Sequence record: OZ374592.1
Direction: 5' to 3' (one strand)
DNA: 32,000 nt
The position numbers and the translations under genes are program-made. Below the pieces are notes generated by a model. That model did not search any database, was not told where the DNA came from, and saw nothing but the letters and a program-made list of their open reading frames with translations. This document shows positions 9,774 through 19,072 of the stretch, one piece after another (within the stretch, counting starts at the first letter, position 1; the number at the start of each line of letters is the position of its first letter).

Positions 9774-11558
9774 ATGAATCAACTATATTATCCATTAATA
9801 ATTCCTCAAAACTATATAATAGAAGAAATATTTCTTGGAAGTATAATAATTAATCCAAATCTATTTACTCTTATATCTCCAAATATCAATATTGATCATT
9901 TATTTAATGAAGCACATCAAATTATATACAGAAATTTAATAAAAATAAAAAAAAAATCTATAGATATAATTAATTTAATTGATTCATTAAAAGAGACAAA
10001 AACATTGCATCAAATAGGTGGAATACAAAAAATTGAGACAATTATAAAAAAAGGCCATATCTTTGTAGCCTGCATAGACATTAGATTTTATATTAATCAA
10101 ATCATTCAACTTCTTCATACAAAATATTATCGCAGATTAATTATTCAATATGGATATAACATTATTGCTTTATCATATCATTTTGAAATTTCTAATCAGC
10201 AATTATATAATAAAGCTTCAAAGTATTTAAATTATATAGAAAAGAAACTTAACATAAAAAATCTTGACAACTTAAAAGAGTTAATAGGGTCTATAATTAA
10301 TAATATAATATATAAAAAAAAGATATCTTACGATAATCATATATATTCAGGATTTAAAGAATTAGATATATTAACCAATGGATTTCCAAACGGAGACTTA
10401 GTAATAATAGCAGGACGTCCATCTATGGGCAAAACATCATTCGCTATTAATATAACATATAATCTACTAAAATATTTTTATACTAAAGTATGTATATTCA
10501 GTCTAGAAATGAGTACCATACAAATTTTACATAAATTAATTGCAATTGGATCAAATATAGCCATTAATGACATAATTTCTGGGCAGATTCATAGATATCA
10601 ATGGAAATCAATTCAAATTATTTGTAATGAATTATTAAAAGCTAAACTTTATATAAATGATAATTCCAATATCTCTATTGATGAAATAAAAAATATCACA
10701 AAAATAATAATTGAAGAATATAAAAATATAATTATTATAGATTATTTGCAATTAATTCAAACAAAAGATCTAAATATCGAAAGTAGATCACAAGAATTAA
10801 GCTATATTACAAGACAGCTAAAAATATTAGCACAAACTCTATGTACTCCTATAATAGTATTATCACAACTTAATCGAAATATTGAAAAAAGAATTAACAA
10901 AAAACCTCTTTTATCTGATTTAAAAGAGGGTGGTTGCCTGCATTACAATGTCAATATTAACATAAATCATTTACTTACCTTAAATATTAAAAATATATCA
11001 GACCAAATGCTTATTAAGCAATATAATGGTTTGATCATAAAAGACAAAAAACAAAAGATAAGCCCATACTATAAAAATATAACTCAAATATATATATTCA
11101 ATAAATACAACTTTAAATTTAAGATTAACTATCATTCATCAATTATCATTACAGATAATCATCAATTATTTCTTTATGATCATTGGATAGAGCAGCAACA
11201 AATGCAAGAAAATACCTATATTATTCAATATAAACATTTACATAAACTACAAGCTGATATTGTAAACACCATTCATTTTCAAGATTACAATTTGGTATAC
11301 GATATATCAAAAAATAATTATACAAACTTTATTTGCAATCAAATTGTTATACATAATTCTATAGAACAAGACTCGGATATAATAATTATGCTATACCAAA
11401 ATAATAATATTAAAGAAGAGAATATCAAATCAAAAATATTAGATATTTGCATCTCAAAAAATCGAAATGGGCCTATTGGATCTTTTCAAATAAAATTTAA
11501 TACAGAAACTACTATATTTAATGATATAATAAATCAACAATTAAATAACATTATCTAA
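9774..11558 (+). CDS. dnaB: Replicative DNA helicase DnaB, interrupted in frame by a mini-intein
   Basis: Walker A GRPSMGKTSFAINI, SLEMS, IIIDYLQLI and SQLNRNIEKR motifs. The conserved LSDLKEGG / SIEQDSD junction is split by 141 extra codons. The C terminus has ISKNRNGPIG. Confidence 0.9.
   Translation: MNQLYYPLIIPQNYIIEEIFLGSIIINPNLFTLISPNINIDHLFNEAHQIIYRNLIKIKKKSIDIINLIDSLKETKTLHQIGGIQKIETIIKKGHIFVACIDIRFYINQIIQLLHTKYYRRLIIQYGYNIIALSYHFEISNQQLYNKASKYLNYIEKKLNIKNLDNLKELIGSIINNIIYKKKISYDNHIYSGFKELDILTNGFPNGDLVIIAGRPSMGKTSFAINITYNLLKYFYTKVCIFSLEMSTIQILHKLIAIGSNIAINDIISGQIHRYQWKSIQIICNELLKAKLYINDNSNISIDEIKNITKIIIEEYKNIIIIDYLQLIQTKDLNIESRSQELSYITRQLKILAQTLCTPIIVLSQLNRNIEKRINKKPLLSDLKEGGCLHYNVNININHLLTLNIKNISDQMLIKQYNGLIIKDKKQKISPYYKNITQIYIFNKYNFKFKINYHSSIIITDNHQLFLYDHWIEQQQMQENTYIIQYKHLHKLQADIVNTIHFQDYNLVYDISKNNYTNFICNQIVIHNSIEQDSDIIIMLYQNNNIKEENIKSKILDICISKNRNGPIGSFQIKFNTETTIFNDIINQQLNNII
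10935..11357 (+). mobile_element. DnaB mini-intein (141 codons, no room for a homing-endonuclease domain)
   Basis: Begins with Cys directly after ...LKEGG and ends ...VIHN directly before Ser of SIEQDSD. An internal TDNH matches block B (TxxH). VYDISKNNYTNFICNQIVIHN matches blocks F/G. Confidence 0.85.
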
Positions 11559-11612
11559 ATGCTGTTATAGATAGTTGCAATGATAAATATCTTTTGATAT
11601 TATTATTACACA

Positions 11613-11685
11613 GCCGGGATAGCTCAGTTGGTAGAGCAGTGGACTGAAAATCCTCGTGTCACCAGTTCAAATCTGGTTCCTGGCA
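11613..11685 (+). tRNA. trnF: tRNA-Phe (GAA)
   Basis: GCCGGGATAGCTCAGTTGGTAGAGC..., anticodon loop CTGAAAA, T loop TTCAAAT, acceptor GCCGGGA/TTCCTGGC. Confidence 0.9.
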
Positions 11686-11760
11686 TAAATAAGATAAATC
11701 AACACTAATTCAAGGAATGATATAATCATTTTAATTAATGTTGATATTTTAAAGACTTAA

Positions 11761-14229
11761 TTATGATGACAATAATTCTAATTTTTCTCCCAGTAATACA
11801 GTGACATTACCCTCATCGGTTACATCAACTACAGCACTATCACCAGCTTTTATTTTACCTGATAAAACTTCTTCAGCTAAACTATCTTCCAATAATCTCA
11901 TCACTGCACGACGTAATGGACGAGCTCCATAACTAGGATTATAGCCCTCATCGACCAAACGATTTTTAAATCTTTCTGTTACATCTAATTCTATTTCCTG
12001 CTGCTTAATGCGTTCAAAAACTTCTTTTAACATTATATCAGCTATTTCTCTCACTTCATCCTTAGTAAGCTGTCTAAATACAATAATTTCATCCAATCTA
12101 TTTAAAAACTCTGGACGAAAATATTGCTTTAATTCTTCATTAACTAGTGACCTAATACGATTATATTGTGATTCTGTTTCAGATTCCCCTAATTCAAATC
12201 CTAAACTACCACCACCTTTTTCAATTACCTTAGATCCTATATTGGATGTCATTATAAGTAAAGTATTTTTAAAATCTATTGTACGACCTTTAGCATCAGT
12301 CAATCTACCATCTTCCAAAATCTGCAACAATAAATTAAATATATCAGGATGAGCCTTTTCTATTTCATCAAATAAAATTACTGTATATGGACGCTTTCTA
12401 ACAGCTTCAGTCAAATAGCCTCCTTCACTATAACCAACATATCCTGGAGGAGAACCAATAAGTTTAGATACTGTATGTCTCTCCATATATTCAGACATGT
12501 CCAGCCTTACCATTGCTTCTTGAGCACCAAAGAAATAAGAAGCTAAAGCCTTCGTTAATTCTGTTTTACCCACACCTGTAGGACCAGAAAATATAAAACT
12601 TGCAATAGGCCTGTTAGGATTCTTCAAACCTACTCTAGCTCTTCTAATTGCTCTAGAAACTGCAACAACCGCTTCATCTTGACCTATTATACGACCATGC
12701 AATGTTTCTTCCATATGCATTAATTTTTCAGACTCACTTTTAGTCAGTTTAGTAACAGGAATACCTGTCCAAAAAGCAACTATTTCTGCAATATCATCTT
12801 CTGTAACAATAGGATCTTCAATTTGAAGATCAGGCTCACTCTTTTTACTTTGTGCAATTGCAGCTATTTGTGCTTTGATTTCCATTTCACGTGTTCTATA
12901 CTGCTCTGCTTTTTCATATTTTTGTGCTCTTATAGCTTCATCTTTAGTTTTTAATACAGCTCTTAATTCTTTATCTAATTCTCTAGCAGCAGGTGGTAAC
13001 TGAGAATTTAACAACCGTACTCTAGATCCTGCTTCATCAATTAAATCAATTGCTTTGTCAGGTAAAAAACGGTCTGAAATATACTGATTAGCATATTTAG
13101 CTGCAGCAGCTAAAGCACCATCAGACATTTTTAACTGATGATGTTTTTCATAACGATCCCTTAAACCAAATAAAATTTCAATTGTTTCCTCTACACTAGG
13201 CTCTCCAACTAAGACAGGCTGAAATCTCCTCTCTAAAGCTGCATCTTTTTCTATATGTTTACGGTATTCTTCAAGAGTAGTAGCTCCTATACACTGCAAT
13301 TCTCCTCTTGCTAATGCTGGTTTTAATAAATTAGCAGCATCAATTGCACCTTCAGCTGCTCCTGCTCCTATTAATGTATGGACTTCATCTATTACTAAAA
13401 TCACATTATTTGCAGATTTAATTTCATCCATAATTCTTTTTAAACGCTCTTCAAATTCTCCTCTATATTTAGTACCAGCTACTAAAAGACCGACATCTAA
13501 TGTAACAACTAATTTATCTTCTAAAATCGCTGGAATATCTCGATTAGTAATTCTTTGAGCTAATCCTTCTGCAATTGCTGTTTTACCGACACCTGGTTCA
13601 CCTATTAAAACAGGGTTATTTTTAGTTCTACGCCCTAAAATCTGAATTACTCTTTCAATTTCTTTTTGCCTACCAACTACAGGATCTAATACACCTTCTA
13701 TAGCAAGTTCAGTTAAATTAGACCCAAATTCCTCCAATGTAGGCGTCTTACTTCTGGTTTGCATATTACTATTACCATTAGAATTAGCCTCAGCATTATC
13801 ACCTAACATTTGAATTACTTCAGTTCTGATAGAGGAAACATTAACAGCTAAATTTTCTAATACACGTGCAGCAACTCCTTCACCTTCACGAACTAAACCC
13901 ATTAACAAATGCTCTGTACCAATATAATTATGGCCTAATTGCCTTGCTTCTTCTAAAGACAATTCTAAAACCCTTTTAGCTCTAGGAGTGAATGGAATCT
14001 CAACTGCAACAAACCCTGATCCACGACCAATAATTTTTTCAACCTCTATACGAGCATCCTTCAAATTTACATTCATTGATTTTAAAACTTGAGCAGCAAT
14101 TCCTGTTCCTTCTCCTATCAAGCCTAATAAAATCTGCTCAGTGCCTACAAAATTGTGACCTAACCGCCTAGCCTCTTCTTGGGCTAACATAATAACTTTA
14201 ATGGCTTTTTCTGTAAAACGTTCAAACAT
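11761..14229 (-). CDS. clpC: Clp protease ATP-binding chaperone subunit ClpC
   Basis: 822 aa. It has two N-terminal Clp repeats, two AAA modules (GEPGVGKTA and GPTGVGKTE) and a UVR-like linker. Composition is highly conserved. Confidence 0.97.
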   Translation of the reverse strand: MFERFTEKAIKVIMLAQEEARRLGHNFVGTEQILLGLIGEGTGIAAQVLKSMNVNLKDARIEVEKIIGRGSGFVAVEIPFTPRAKRVLELSLEEARQLGHNYIGTEHLLMGLVREGEGVAARVLENLAVNVSSIRTEVIQMLGDNAEANSNGNSNMQTRSKTPTLEEFGSNLTELAIEGVLDPVVGRQKEIERVIQILGRRTKNNPVLIGEPGVGKTAIAEGLAQRITNRDIPAILEDKLVVTLDVGLLVAGTKYRGEFEERLKRIMDEIKSANNVILVIDEVHTLIGAGAAEGAIDAANLLKPALARGELQCIGATTLEEYRKHIEKDAALERRFQPVLVGEPSVEETIEILFGLRDRYEKHHQLKMSDGALAAAAKYANQYISDRFLPDKAIDLIDEAGSRVRLLNSQLPPAARELDKELRAVLKTKDEAIRAQKYEKAEQYRTREMEIKAQIAAIAQSKKSEPDLQIEDPIVTEDDIAEIVAFWTGIPVTKLTKSESEKLMHMEETLHGRIIGQDEAVVAVSRAIRRARVGLKNPNRPIASFIFSGPTGVGKTELTKALASYFFGAQEAMVRLDMSEYMERHTVSKLIGSPPGYVGYSEGGYLTEAVRKRPYTVILFDEIEKAHPDIFNLLLQILEDGRLTDAKGRTIDFKNTLLIMTSNIGSKVIEKGGGSLGFELGESETESQYNRIRSLVNEELKQYFRPEFLNRLDEIIVFRQLTKDEVREIADIMLKEVFERIKQQEIELDVTERFKNRLVDEGYNPSYGARPLRRAVMRLLEDSLAEEVLSGKIKAGDSAVVDVTDEGNVTVLLGEKLELLSS

Positions 14230-14317
14230 AAGTCAAGAATTAGCTAAATATTTTATTACCTTTGATACTAAATAATAATAACACAAAATAACTCATAACT
14301 TAAGCTTAAATATGAAA

Positions 14318-14713
14318 TTATATATTAGACAAAACTAAATAACGTCTTAATTGATTTTTACTGAAAGATTTATAATTCATTACATTATAGGCAGATACAG
14401 AATAATAATACTTATATCTTATATTAAAAATTCTATATCCTATCCATAAATATAGACTCATAGCATTTATATTCATGGTTGTCACTTCAAGGCTGCATTT
14501 TATCTCCATAAATAAAACAAAACATATCACACAACTCAATAAAGCCAATTTACTTGTATTAATAAAATGATAGCTTCTTAAATATATAACAGAGAAATTA
14601 ATTATATCTGCTTGATTTATAATCAGAACCACATTTAAAACTGTAAAATTTTGATAATTTGATATAATAAATAGTTTTATATCATACATACAAGAATTAC
14701 GTATACAATACAT
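14318..14713 (-). CDS. Hypothetical protein (orphan ORF, 131 codons), possibly a membrane protein
   Basis: ATG-initiated open frame in an otherwise uncoded AT-rich spacer. It is on the same strand as clpC and ends 88 nt upstream of it. It has hydrophobic stretches (LALLSCVICFVLF, VLNVVLII). I recognise no family motif. Confidence 0.35.
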   Translation of the reverse strand: MYCIRNSCMYDIKLFIISNYQNFTVLNVVLIINQADIINFSVIYLRSYHFINTSKLALLSCVICFVLFMEIKCSLEVTTMNINAMSLYLWIGYRIFNIRYKYYYSVSAYNVMNYKSFSKNQLRRYLVLSNI

Positions 14714-14758
14714 ATTTATTCGATAATTTTAATAAAAAAATAAACATAAGAAATTGAG

Positions 14759-14788
14759 TTGACTAATTAGTTCAAGATTAAATACAAT
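14759..14788 (+). promoter_or_regulatory. Candidate sigma70/PEP-type promoter for rpl19
   Basis: TTGACT (14759-14764), 18-nt spacer, TACAAT (14783-14788). It lies about 33 nt upstream of the rpl19 ATG. Confidence 0.35.
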
Positions 14789-14820
14789 AATAACACATTT
14801 AATTTTTGAATAATGAAGAT

Positions 14821-15198
14821 ATGAATTTTCAAGCTAATACAAATCCTAAGATTATACATAAGATAGAAAATAAATTTAAAAAAGAGAACATACCTATAAT
14901 AAATACAGGAGATAGTGTAAAAATAGGATTATTAATACAAGAGGGAAATAAAGAACGTATACAGATCTCAGACGGTGTGGTTATATCAAAAAATAATAGT
15001 AACCTTAATACAACGATTACAGTAAGAAAAGTGTTACAAAATGTAGGAGTAGAAAAAGTCTACTTAATTCATTCACCAAGGATTATAAGTATAGAAATAA
15101 CTCGCAGATCTAAAGTTAGAAGAGCGAAATTATATTATCTAAGAAAAAGATCTGGTAAAGCAACAAGATTAAAACAAAAATTTGCAATTAGTAACTAA
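14821..15198 (+). CDS. rpl19: Ribosomal protein L19
   Basis: Core GDSVKIGLLIQEGNKERIQISDGVVIS...RRAKLYYLR. The first ATG is at 14821. The track start at 14806 is a TTG and cannot be excluded. Confidence 0.88.
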   Translation: MNFQANTNPKIIHKIENKFKKENIPIINTGDSVKIGLLIQEGNKERIQISDGVVISKNNSNLNTTITVRKVLQNVGVEKVYLIHSPRIISIEITRRSKVRRAKLYYLRKRSGKATRLKQKFAISN

Positions 15199-15223
15199 AT
15201 TCGACCTAAAACCAAATTTACAA

Positions 15224-15297
15224 GGATGCATAACTCAGTTGGTTAGAGTATTACGTTGACATCGTAAAAGTCACTGGTTCAAATCCAGTTGTATCCA
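15224..15297 (+). tRNA. trnV: tRNA-Val (GAC)
   Basis: Acceptor GGATGCA/TGTATCC, anticodon loop TTGACAT, T loop TTCAAAT. Confidence 0.85.
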
Positions 15298-15372
15298 CAT
15301 AAATTACATAATGTCAGTATAAGGTAATTGCTTTTTTATAATAAATTTGGTAATATTAATTATTATATATAA

Positions 15373-15454
15373 GGGTCGGTGCCCGAGTGGTTAATGGGGG
15401 CGGACTGTAAATCCGCTGGCTTCGCCTACGTTGGTTCAAATCCAACCCGGCCCA
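15373..15454 (+). tRNA. trnY: tRNA-Tyr (GUA), long variable arm
   Basis: GGGTCGGTGCCCGAGTGGTTAATGGGG..., anticodon loop CTGTAAA, acceptor GGGTCGG/CCGGCCC. Confidence 0.9.
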
Positions 15455-15466
15455 ATCAAAAATAAA

Positions 15467-15538
15467 GCCCTTATAGCTCAGTGGTAGAGTATCTTCTTGG
15501 TAAGAAGAAAGTCATGAGTTCAATTCTCATTAAGGGCT
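15467..15538 (+). tRNA. trnT: tRNA-Thr (GGU)
   Basis: Acceptor GCCCTTA/TAAGGGC, anticodon stem-loop TCTTC/TTGGTAA/GAAGA, T loop TTCAATT. Confidence 0.85.
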
Positions 15539-15596
15539 AAAATCATGAAAAATCAATATTAGTTAAAATTTATCAAACATAAAATAACAGAAATAA

Positions 15597-17372
15597 TTAT
15601 GACTTATATGATATTTTATTTACAACAGCATTTGTACTTTTATTCTGCTTTATAATTCCTATCATTTGAGCATTACTTTTGCCAGGAGCTACCATTGGGT
15701 AACAATTCTCATCTTCTATAACTTTACAATCGAGTAAACATGGTCCATCATGAGCAAGAAAAGTTTCTAATATTTTATTAATATCACTTCTGTACTCTAA
15801 CTCTAATCCCAAAATACCAAATGATTTAGCTAAAGCAACAAACTCAGGTGCACCCGATTCCATATTGGAATGAGAATAACGCTCACCGTAAAAAGCTTGT
15901 TGCCATTGACGAACCATACCTTGCCATCTATTGTTAATAATAATAATTTTAATAGGCAAATTATACTGAGCTATTGTACCTAATTCTTGTAAATTCATCT
16001 GAAAACTAGCATCACCGCTAATGCAAACCACACTTTTCTTGGGGTATGCTATTTGTACTCCAATAGCAGCAGGTAAACCATAACCCATTGTACCTAAACC
16101 AGAACTTGACATCCAATGACGAGGAAGTACATTTATGAATTGAGCAGCCCACATTTGATGTTGACCTACATCAGTAGTAAAATAAGCATGTGGAACTAAT
16201 TCTGATAAAAATGAAAGTATCTCTTGAGGAGATAAATTATTTACATTTTTAGGAACTAGTAAAGGATATTGATTTTTCCAAGCTTGAATCCTTTCTCTCC
16301 ATGATCTTGTTTGATCCATATTAGTAATAATTTTATTGTCACTTTCAATATAATTCATGATATCTGTTAATATCTCTTTTACATCTCCTACAATAGCTAC
16401 CTGAGGTATCCTATTTTTTCCGACTTCTGCTGGGTCAATATCTATATGAATAACTTGAGCATTACATGCAAATTCATCTAATTTCCCTGTTACTCTATCA
16501 TCAAATCTTGCCCCCAAAGCAATTAATAAATCACATTCACTAACAGCAAAATTTGCATACGCTGTACCATGCATACCTAACATACCAAGAGATAAATCAT
16601 GTTTTTCATCTATAATACCCTTACCCATCAAAGTTGTGGTGATAGGTATTTGAAATTTAATAGCTAATCTTTCAATAATATAATGCGCACCTGAAATGAT
16701 AGATCCACCACCAACATATAAAAGAGGTTGACTCGATTGTTGTAATAAGGTTACAACTTTACTTATTTGTTTAATTTTCGGAGGCATTAAAGGCCTAAAG
16801 CCCGCTAAATAAATCTGTCCTGGATCTACATGTTTATATACGAATTTTTCTAATCCAACATCCTTTGGTACATCTATTAAAACAGGTCCAGGTCGGCCAT
16901 GAGTAGCAATATAAAATGCCTCAGCAACAATCTTAGCCATATTACGAGGATCTCTAACAACGTATGAGTGTTTAACTATTGGCAATGTAATACCAAATAT
17001 ATCTACCTCTTGAAATGCATCTGTACCAATAAATGATCTAGCTACTTGACCTGTTACTAATACTAAAGGTACAGAATCCATTTGTGCGGTAGCAATACCA
17101 GAAACTAAATTTGTTGCACCTGGCCCAGAAGTTGCAAAACAAACACCAACATCACCAGTTGACCTAGAATAACCATCTGCTGAATGAGAAGCACCTTGCT
17201 CATGTCTACATAATATATGTTTAATTTTACCTTGTTGTTCCCAACGATATAATTCATCATAAATGGGTAATATAGCTCCACCAGGGTAACCAAATATATG
17301 GTGAACATTATGTCTAACTAAACTATCCATTAGTGCAAAAGCACCTGTAACTTTTTCATTGTCTATCGACAT
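15597..17372 (-). CDS. ilvB: Acetolactate synthase (acetohydroxyacid synthase) large subunit
   Basis: 591 aa with ThDP-enzyme motifs ([52 protein letters not shown]). Confidence 0.95.
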   Translation of the reverse strand: MSIDNEKVTGAFALMDSLVRHNVHHIFGYPGGAILPIYDELYRWEQQGKIKHILCRHEQGASHSADGYSRSTGDVGVCFATSGPGATNLVSGIATAQMDSVPLVLVTGQVARSFIGTDAFQEVDIFGITLPIVKHSYVVRDPRNMAKIVAEAFYIATHGRPGPVLIDVPKDVGLEKFVYKHVDPGQIYLAGFRPLMPPKIKQISKVVTLLQQSSQPLLYVGGGSIISGAHYIIERLAIKFQIPITTTLMGKGIIDEKHDLSLGMLGMHGTAYANFAVSECDLLIALGARFDDRVTGKLDEFACNAQVIHIDIDPAEVGKNRIPQVAIVGDVKEILTDIMNYIESDNKIITNMDQTRSWRERIQAWKNQYPLLVPKNVNNLSPQEILSFLSELVPHAYFTTDVGQHQMWAAQFINVLPRHWMSSSGLGTMGYGLPAAIGVQIAYPKKSVVCISGDASFQMNLQELGTIAQYNLPIKIIIINNRWQGMVRQWQQAFYGERYSHSNMESGAPEFVALAKSFGILGLELEYRSDINKILETFLAHDGPCLLDCKVIEDENCYPMVAPGKSNAQMIGIIKQNKSTNAVVNKISYKS

Positions 17373-17422
17373 ATTAAATCCTTTTCAGTTTATTATTATT
17401 AGAATTAAAAGATGTTAACTAA

Positions 17423-17451
17423 ATAGTATATACAATATTATATATGTTCAA
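17423..17451 (-). promoter_or_regulatory. Candidate promoter for ilvB
   Basis: On the minus strand: TTGAAC (17451-17446), 17-nt spacer, TACTAT (17428-17423). It lies about 50 nt upstream of the ilvB ATG. Chance matches are common in AT-rich DNA. Confidence 0.25.
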
Positions 17452-17490
17452 TTTTTCACGATTATTTTTTTAATTTTTGTTATAATTATT

Positions 17491-17688
17491 TTAATTAATC
17501 CCAAGCATTAGCTGTAAAATCTTGTATATACTGACTATTAATATCAAGTTTACTATTGTCAATAAAATTCTTTTTTTCTTGTCTTTTAATAACTCAGAAA
17601 TTGGGTAAAGAGTTGTCAAGAAAAATCCTGTAATAACAGAGATTATGAATCTCGGAACCTTGCTTATATTTTCCCAAAAATTATTCAT
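17491..17688 (-). CDS. ycf33: Small conserved plastid/cyanobacterial membrane protein, ycf33-like
   Basis: 65 aa. The N-terminal NFWENISKVPRFIISVITG resembles the Ycf33 signature as I remember it. It has two hydrophobic segments. Confidence 0.55.
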   Translation of the reverse strand: MNNFWENISKVPRFIISVITGFFLTTLYPISELLKDKKKRILLTIVNLILIVSIYKILQLMLGIN

Positions 17689-17808
17689 CTTTATAATTGC
17701 TTTAGTTATATTCTCATTTTAATATTAAGATAGTGAATGACTAATATTAATTGTAAACGGTCTTTTCTAAATCATAAATATTAATTAAATTAGATTAAGG
17801 GATTAATT

Positions 17809-18663
17809 ATGTTAAATTCTTTACACCGATTAGAAGTTTTAAATGAAATATGTCCATTTATACAAAGACTTTCAGGTCGTATAATTGTTATTAAATATGG
17901 TGGTTCTGCAATGAAGAATCAAGATATAAAAATTAAAGTATTGCAAGATATATTGTTTTTATCTTCTATCGGTATTAAAATTGTATTAGTGCATGGTGGA
18001 GGTCCTATTATTAATAGTTGGCTGCAAAAATTCAATATAGAGCCTAAGTTTCATAATGGTATTCGTATTACTGATCGTCAGACTATGGAAATAGTTGAGA
18101 TGGTTCTAGTTGGTAAAGTAAATAAAGATTTAGTTACTTTATTAAATAATAAAATCAATTATGCAGTTGGTCTATCCGGTAAAGATAGCAATTTAGTCCT
18201 TGCTTCCTCTTTATTTCAAGAAAAAGAGAATTTTACAGGTAAAATTGATCTGGTGAACACAAAGATATTAGATATATTACTGAACAATAATTATATACCT
18301 GTTATTGCGAGTGTTGCAGCAGGTATTAATGGTCAAACTTATAATATTAATGCAGATACATTTGCAGGTGTAATTGCAGCATCTTTATCTGCAGAAAAAC
18401 TTATTTTTTTAACAGATACATCAGGAGTTATGAAAGATATAAATGACTCTAATACATTATTGAGATGTTTAAATATTCATCAAGTTGAGTTACTTAAAAA
18501 AGATAAGGTAATTTCAGGTGGTATGATTCCAAAAGTTGATTGTTGCATTACTGCTTTGCAAGATAGTGTTAAAGCTACACACATTATAGATGGAAGTATT
18601 CAAAATTCATTATTATTAGAATTATTAACTCTTGACCGTATAGGTTCTATGATTACAGAGTAA
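17809..18663 (+). CDS. argB: N-acetylglutamate kinase
   Basis: 284 aa with IVIKYGGSAM, VLVHGGGP, NINADTFAG and GGMIPKV motifs. Confidence 0.93.
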   Translation: MLNSLHRLEVLNEICPFIQRLSGRIIVIKYGGSAMKNQDIKIKVLQDILFLSSIGIKIVLVHGGGPIINSWLQKFNIEPKFHNGIRITDRQTMEIVEMVLVGKVNKDLVTLLNNKINYAVGLSGKDSNLVLASSLFQEKENFTGKIDLVNTKILDILLNNNYIPVIASVAAGINGQTYNINADTFAGVIAASLSAEKLIFLTDTSGVMKDINDSNTLLRCLNIHQVELLKKDKVISGGMIPKVDCCITALQDSVKATHIIDGSIQNSLLLELLTLDRIGSMITE

Positions 18664-18721
18664 TGTATATGTGTTGATTTGTATCTTTTTATAGATAGTG
18701 TTATAATACTTATGTAACTAG

Positions 18722-18795
18722 GGCTCAGTAGCTCAGTTGGTTAGAGCAGGGGACTCATAAGCCCAAGGTCGCAGGTTCAAATCCCGCCTGAGCCA
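18722..18795 (+). tRNA. trnM: tRNA with CAU anticodon. Acceptor, D and T arms look like bacterial elongator tRNA-Met, but tRNA-Ile(CAU, lysidine) is not excluded
   Basis: GGCTCAGTAGCTCAGTTGGTTAGAGCA..., anticodon loop CTCATAA, acceptor GGCTCAG/CTGAGCC plus A73. The anticodon stem has only three G-C pairs, flanked by G27-A43 and A31-G39 mismatches. Confidence 0.7.
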
Positions 18796-18833
18796 TTAAT
18801 ATAATCTGCTATATTTAATATAATTGGTTTTAT

Positions 18834-18922
18834 GGAGAGGTGGCTGAGTGGTCGAAAGCGGCAGATTGCTAATCTGTTGTATGATTTATATCATACCGAG
18901 GGTTCGAATCCCTTCCTCTCCT
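18834..18922 (+). tRNA. trnS: tRNA-Ser (GCU), long variable arm
   Basis: Acceptor GGAGAGG/CCTCTCC, anticodon loop TTGCTAA, variable-arm stem GTATGAT/ATCATAC, T loop TTCGAAT. The discriminator is U. Confidence 0.9.
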
Positions 18923-18942
18923 TATTTTTATCAAATTTTAAT

Positions 18943-18971
18943 TTGACAAATTTTAAGTTAAATGAGATACT
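18943..18971 (+). promoter_or_regulatory. Candidate promoter for trnD
   Basis: TTGACA (18943-18948), 17-nt spacer, GATACT (18966-18971). The tRNA 5' end is 13 nt downstream. Confidence 0.3.
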
Positions 18972-18983
18972 ACATTTAATAAT

Positions 18984-19057
18984 GGGATTGTAGTTCAACT
19001 GGTTAGAGCACCGCCCTGTCACGGCGGAAGTTGCGGGTTCGAATCCCGTCAATCCCG
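18984..19057 (+). tRNA. trnD: tRNA-Asp (GUC)
   Basis: GGGATTGTAGTTCAACTGGTTAGAGC..., anticodon loop CTGTCAC, T loop TTCGAAT, acceptor GGGATTG/CAATCCC. Confidence 0.9.
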
Positions 19058-19072
19058 TTTACAAAGTTAATA

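Noticed and set aside
11686-11760. An imperfect inverted repeat (ATCAACACTAATT ... AATTAATGTTGAT) between trnF and the clpC stop.
   Set aside because: It has one mismatch and a loop of about 27 nt, so it is too weak to call a terminator with confidence.
12008-12352. Long ORFs antisense to, or out of frame within, conserved genes. Examples are 12008-12352 in clpC; 19305-19535, 20088-20468, 20523-20756 and 20617-20838 in ftsH; 23214-23465 and 23527-23745 in psbB; 26532-26720 in tufA; 26903-27091 in rps7; 24227-24439 in ycf38; 17105-17308 in ilvB; and 291-509, 2605-2793, 5606-5830 and 6257-6442.
   Set aside because: Each lies wholly inside a strongly supported gene. Their products are low-complexity with no recognisable motifs. 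Such shadow ORFs are expected where the sense-strand codon bias depletes stops on other frames.
14230-14805. The possibility that the large clpC-rpl19 spacer, or the other spacers (7660-7837, 20954-21202, 24616-24855), hides tmRNA (ssrA), SRP RNA (ffs) or a small photosystem gene.
   Set aside because: I saw no tRNA-like T arm (GGTTCGA...), no SRP domain-IV-like motif, and no ATG-initiated small conserved peptide on either strand. These spacers read as plain AT-rich promoter or UTR DNA, apart from the 131-codon ORF.
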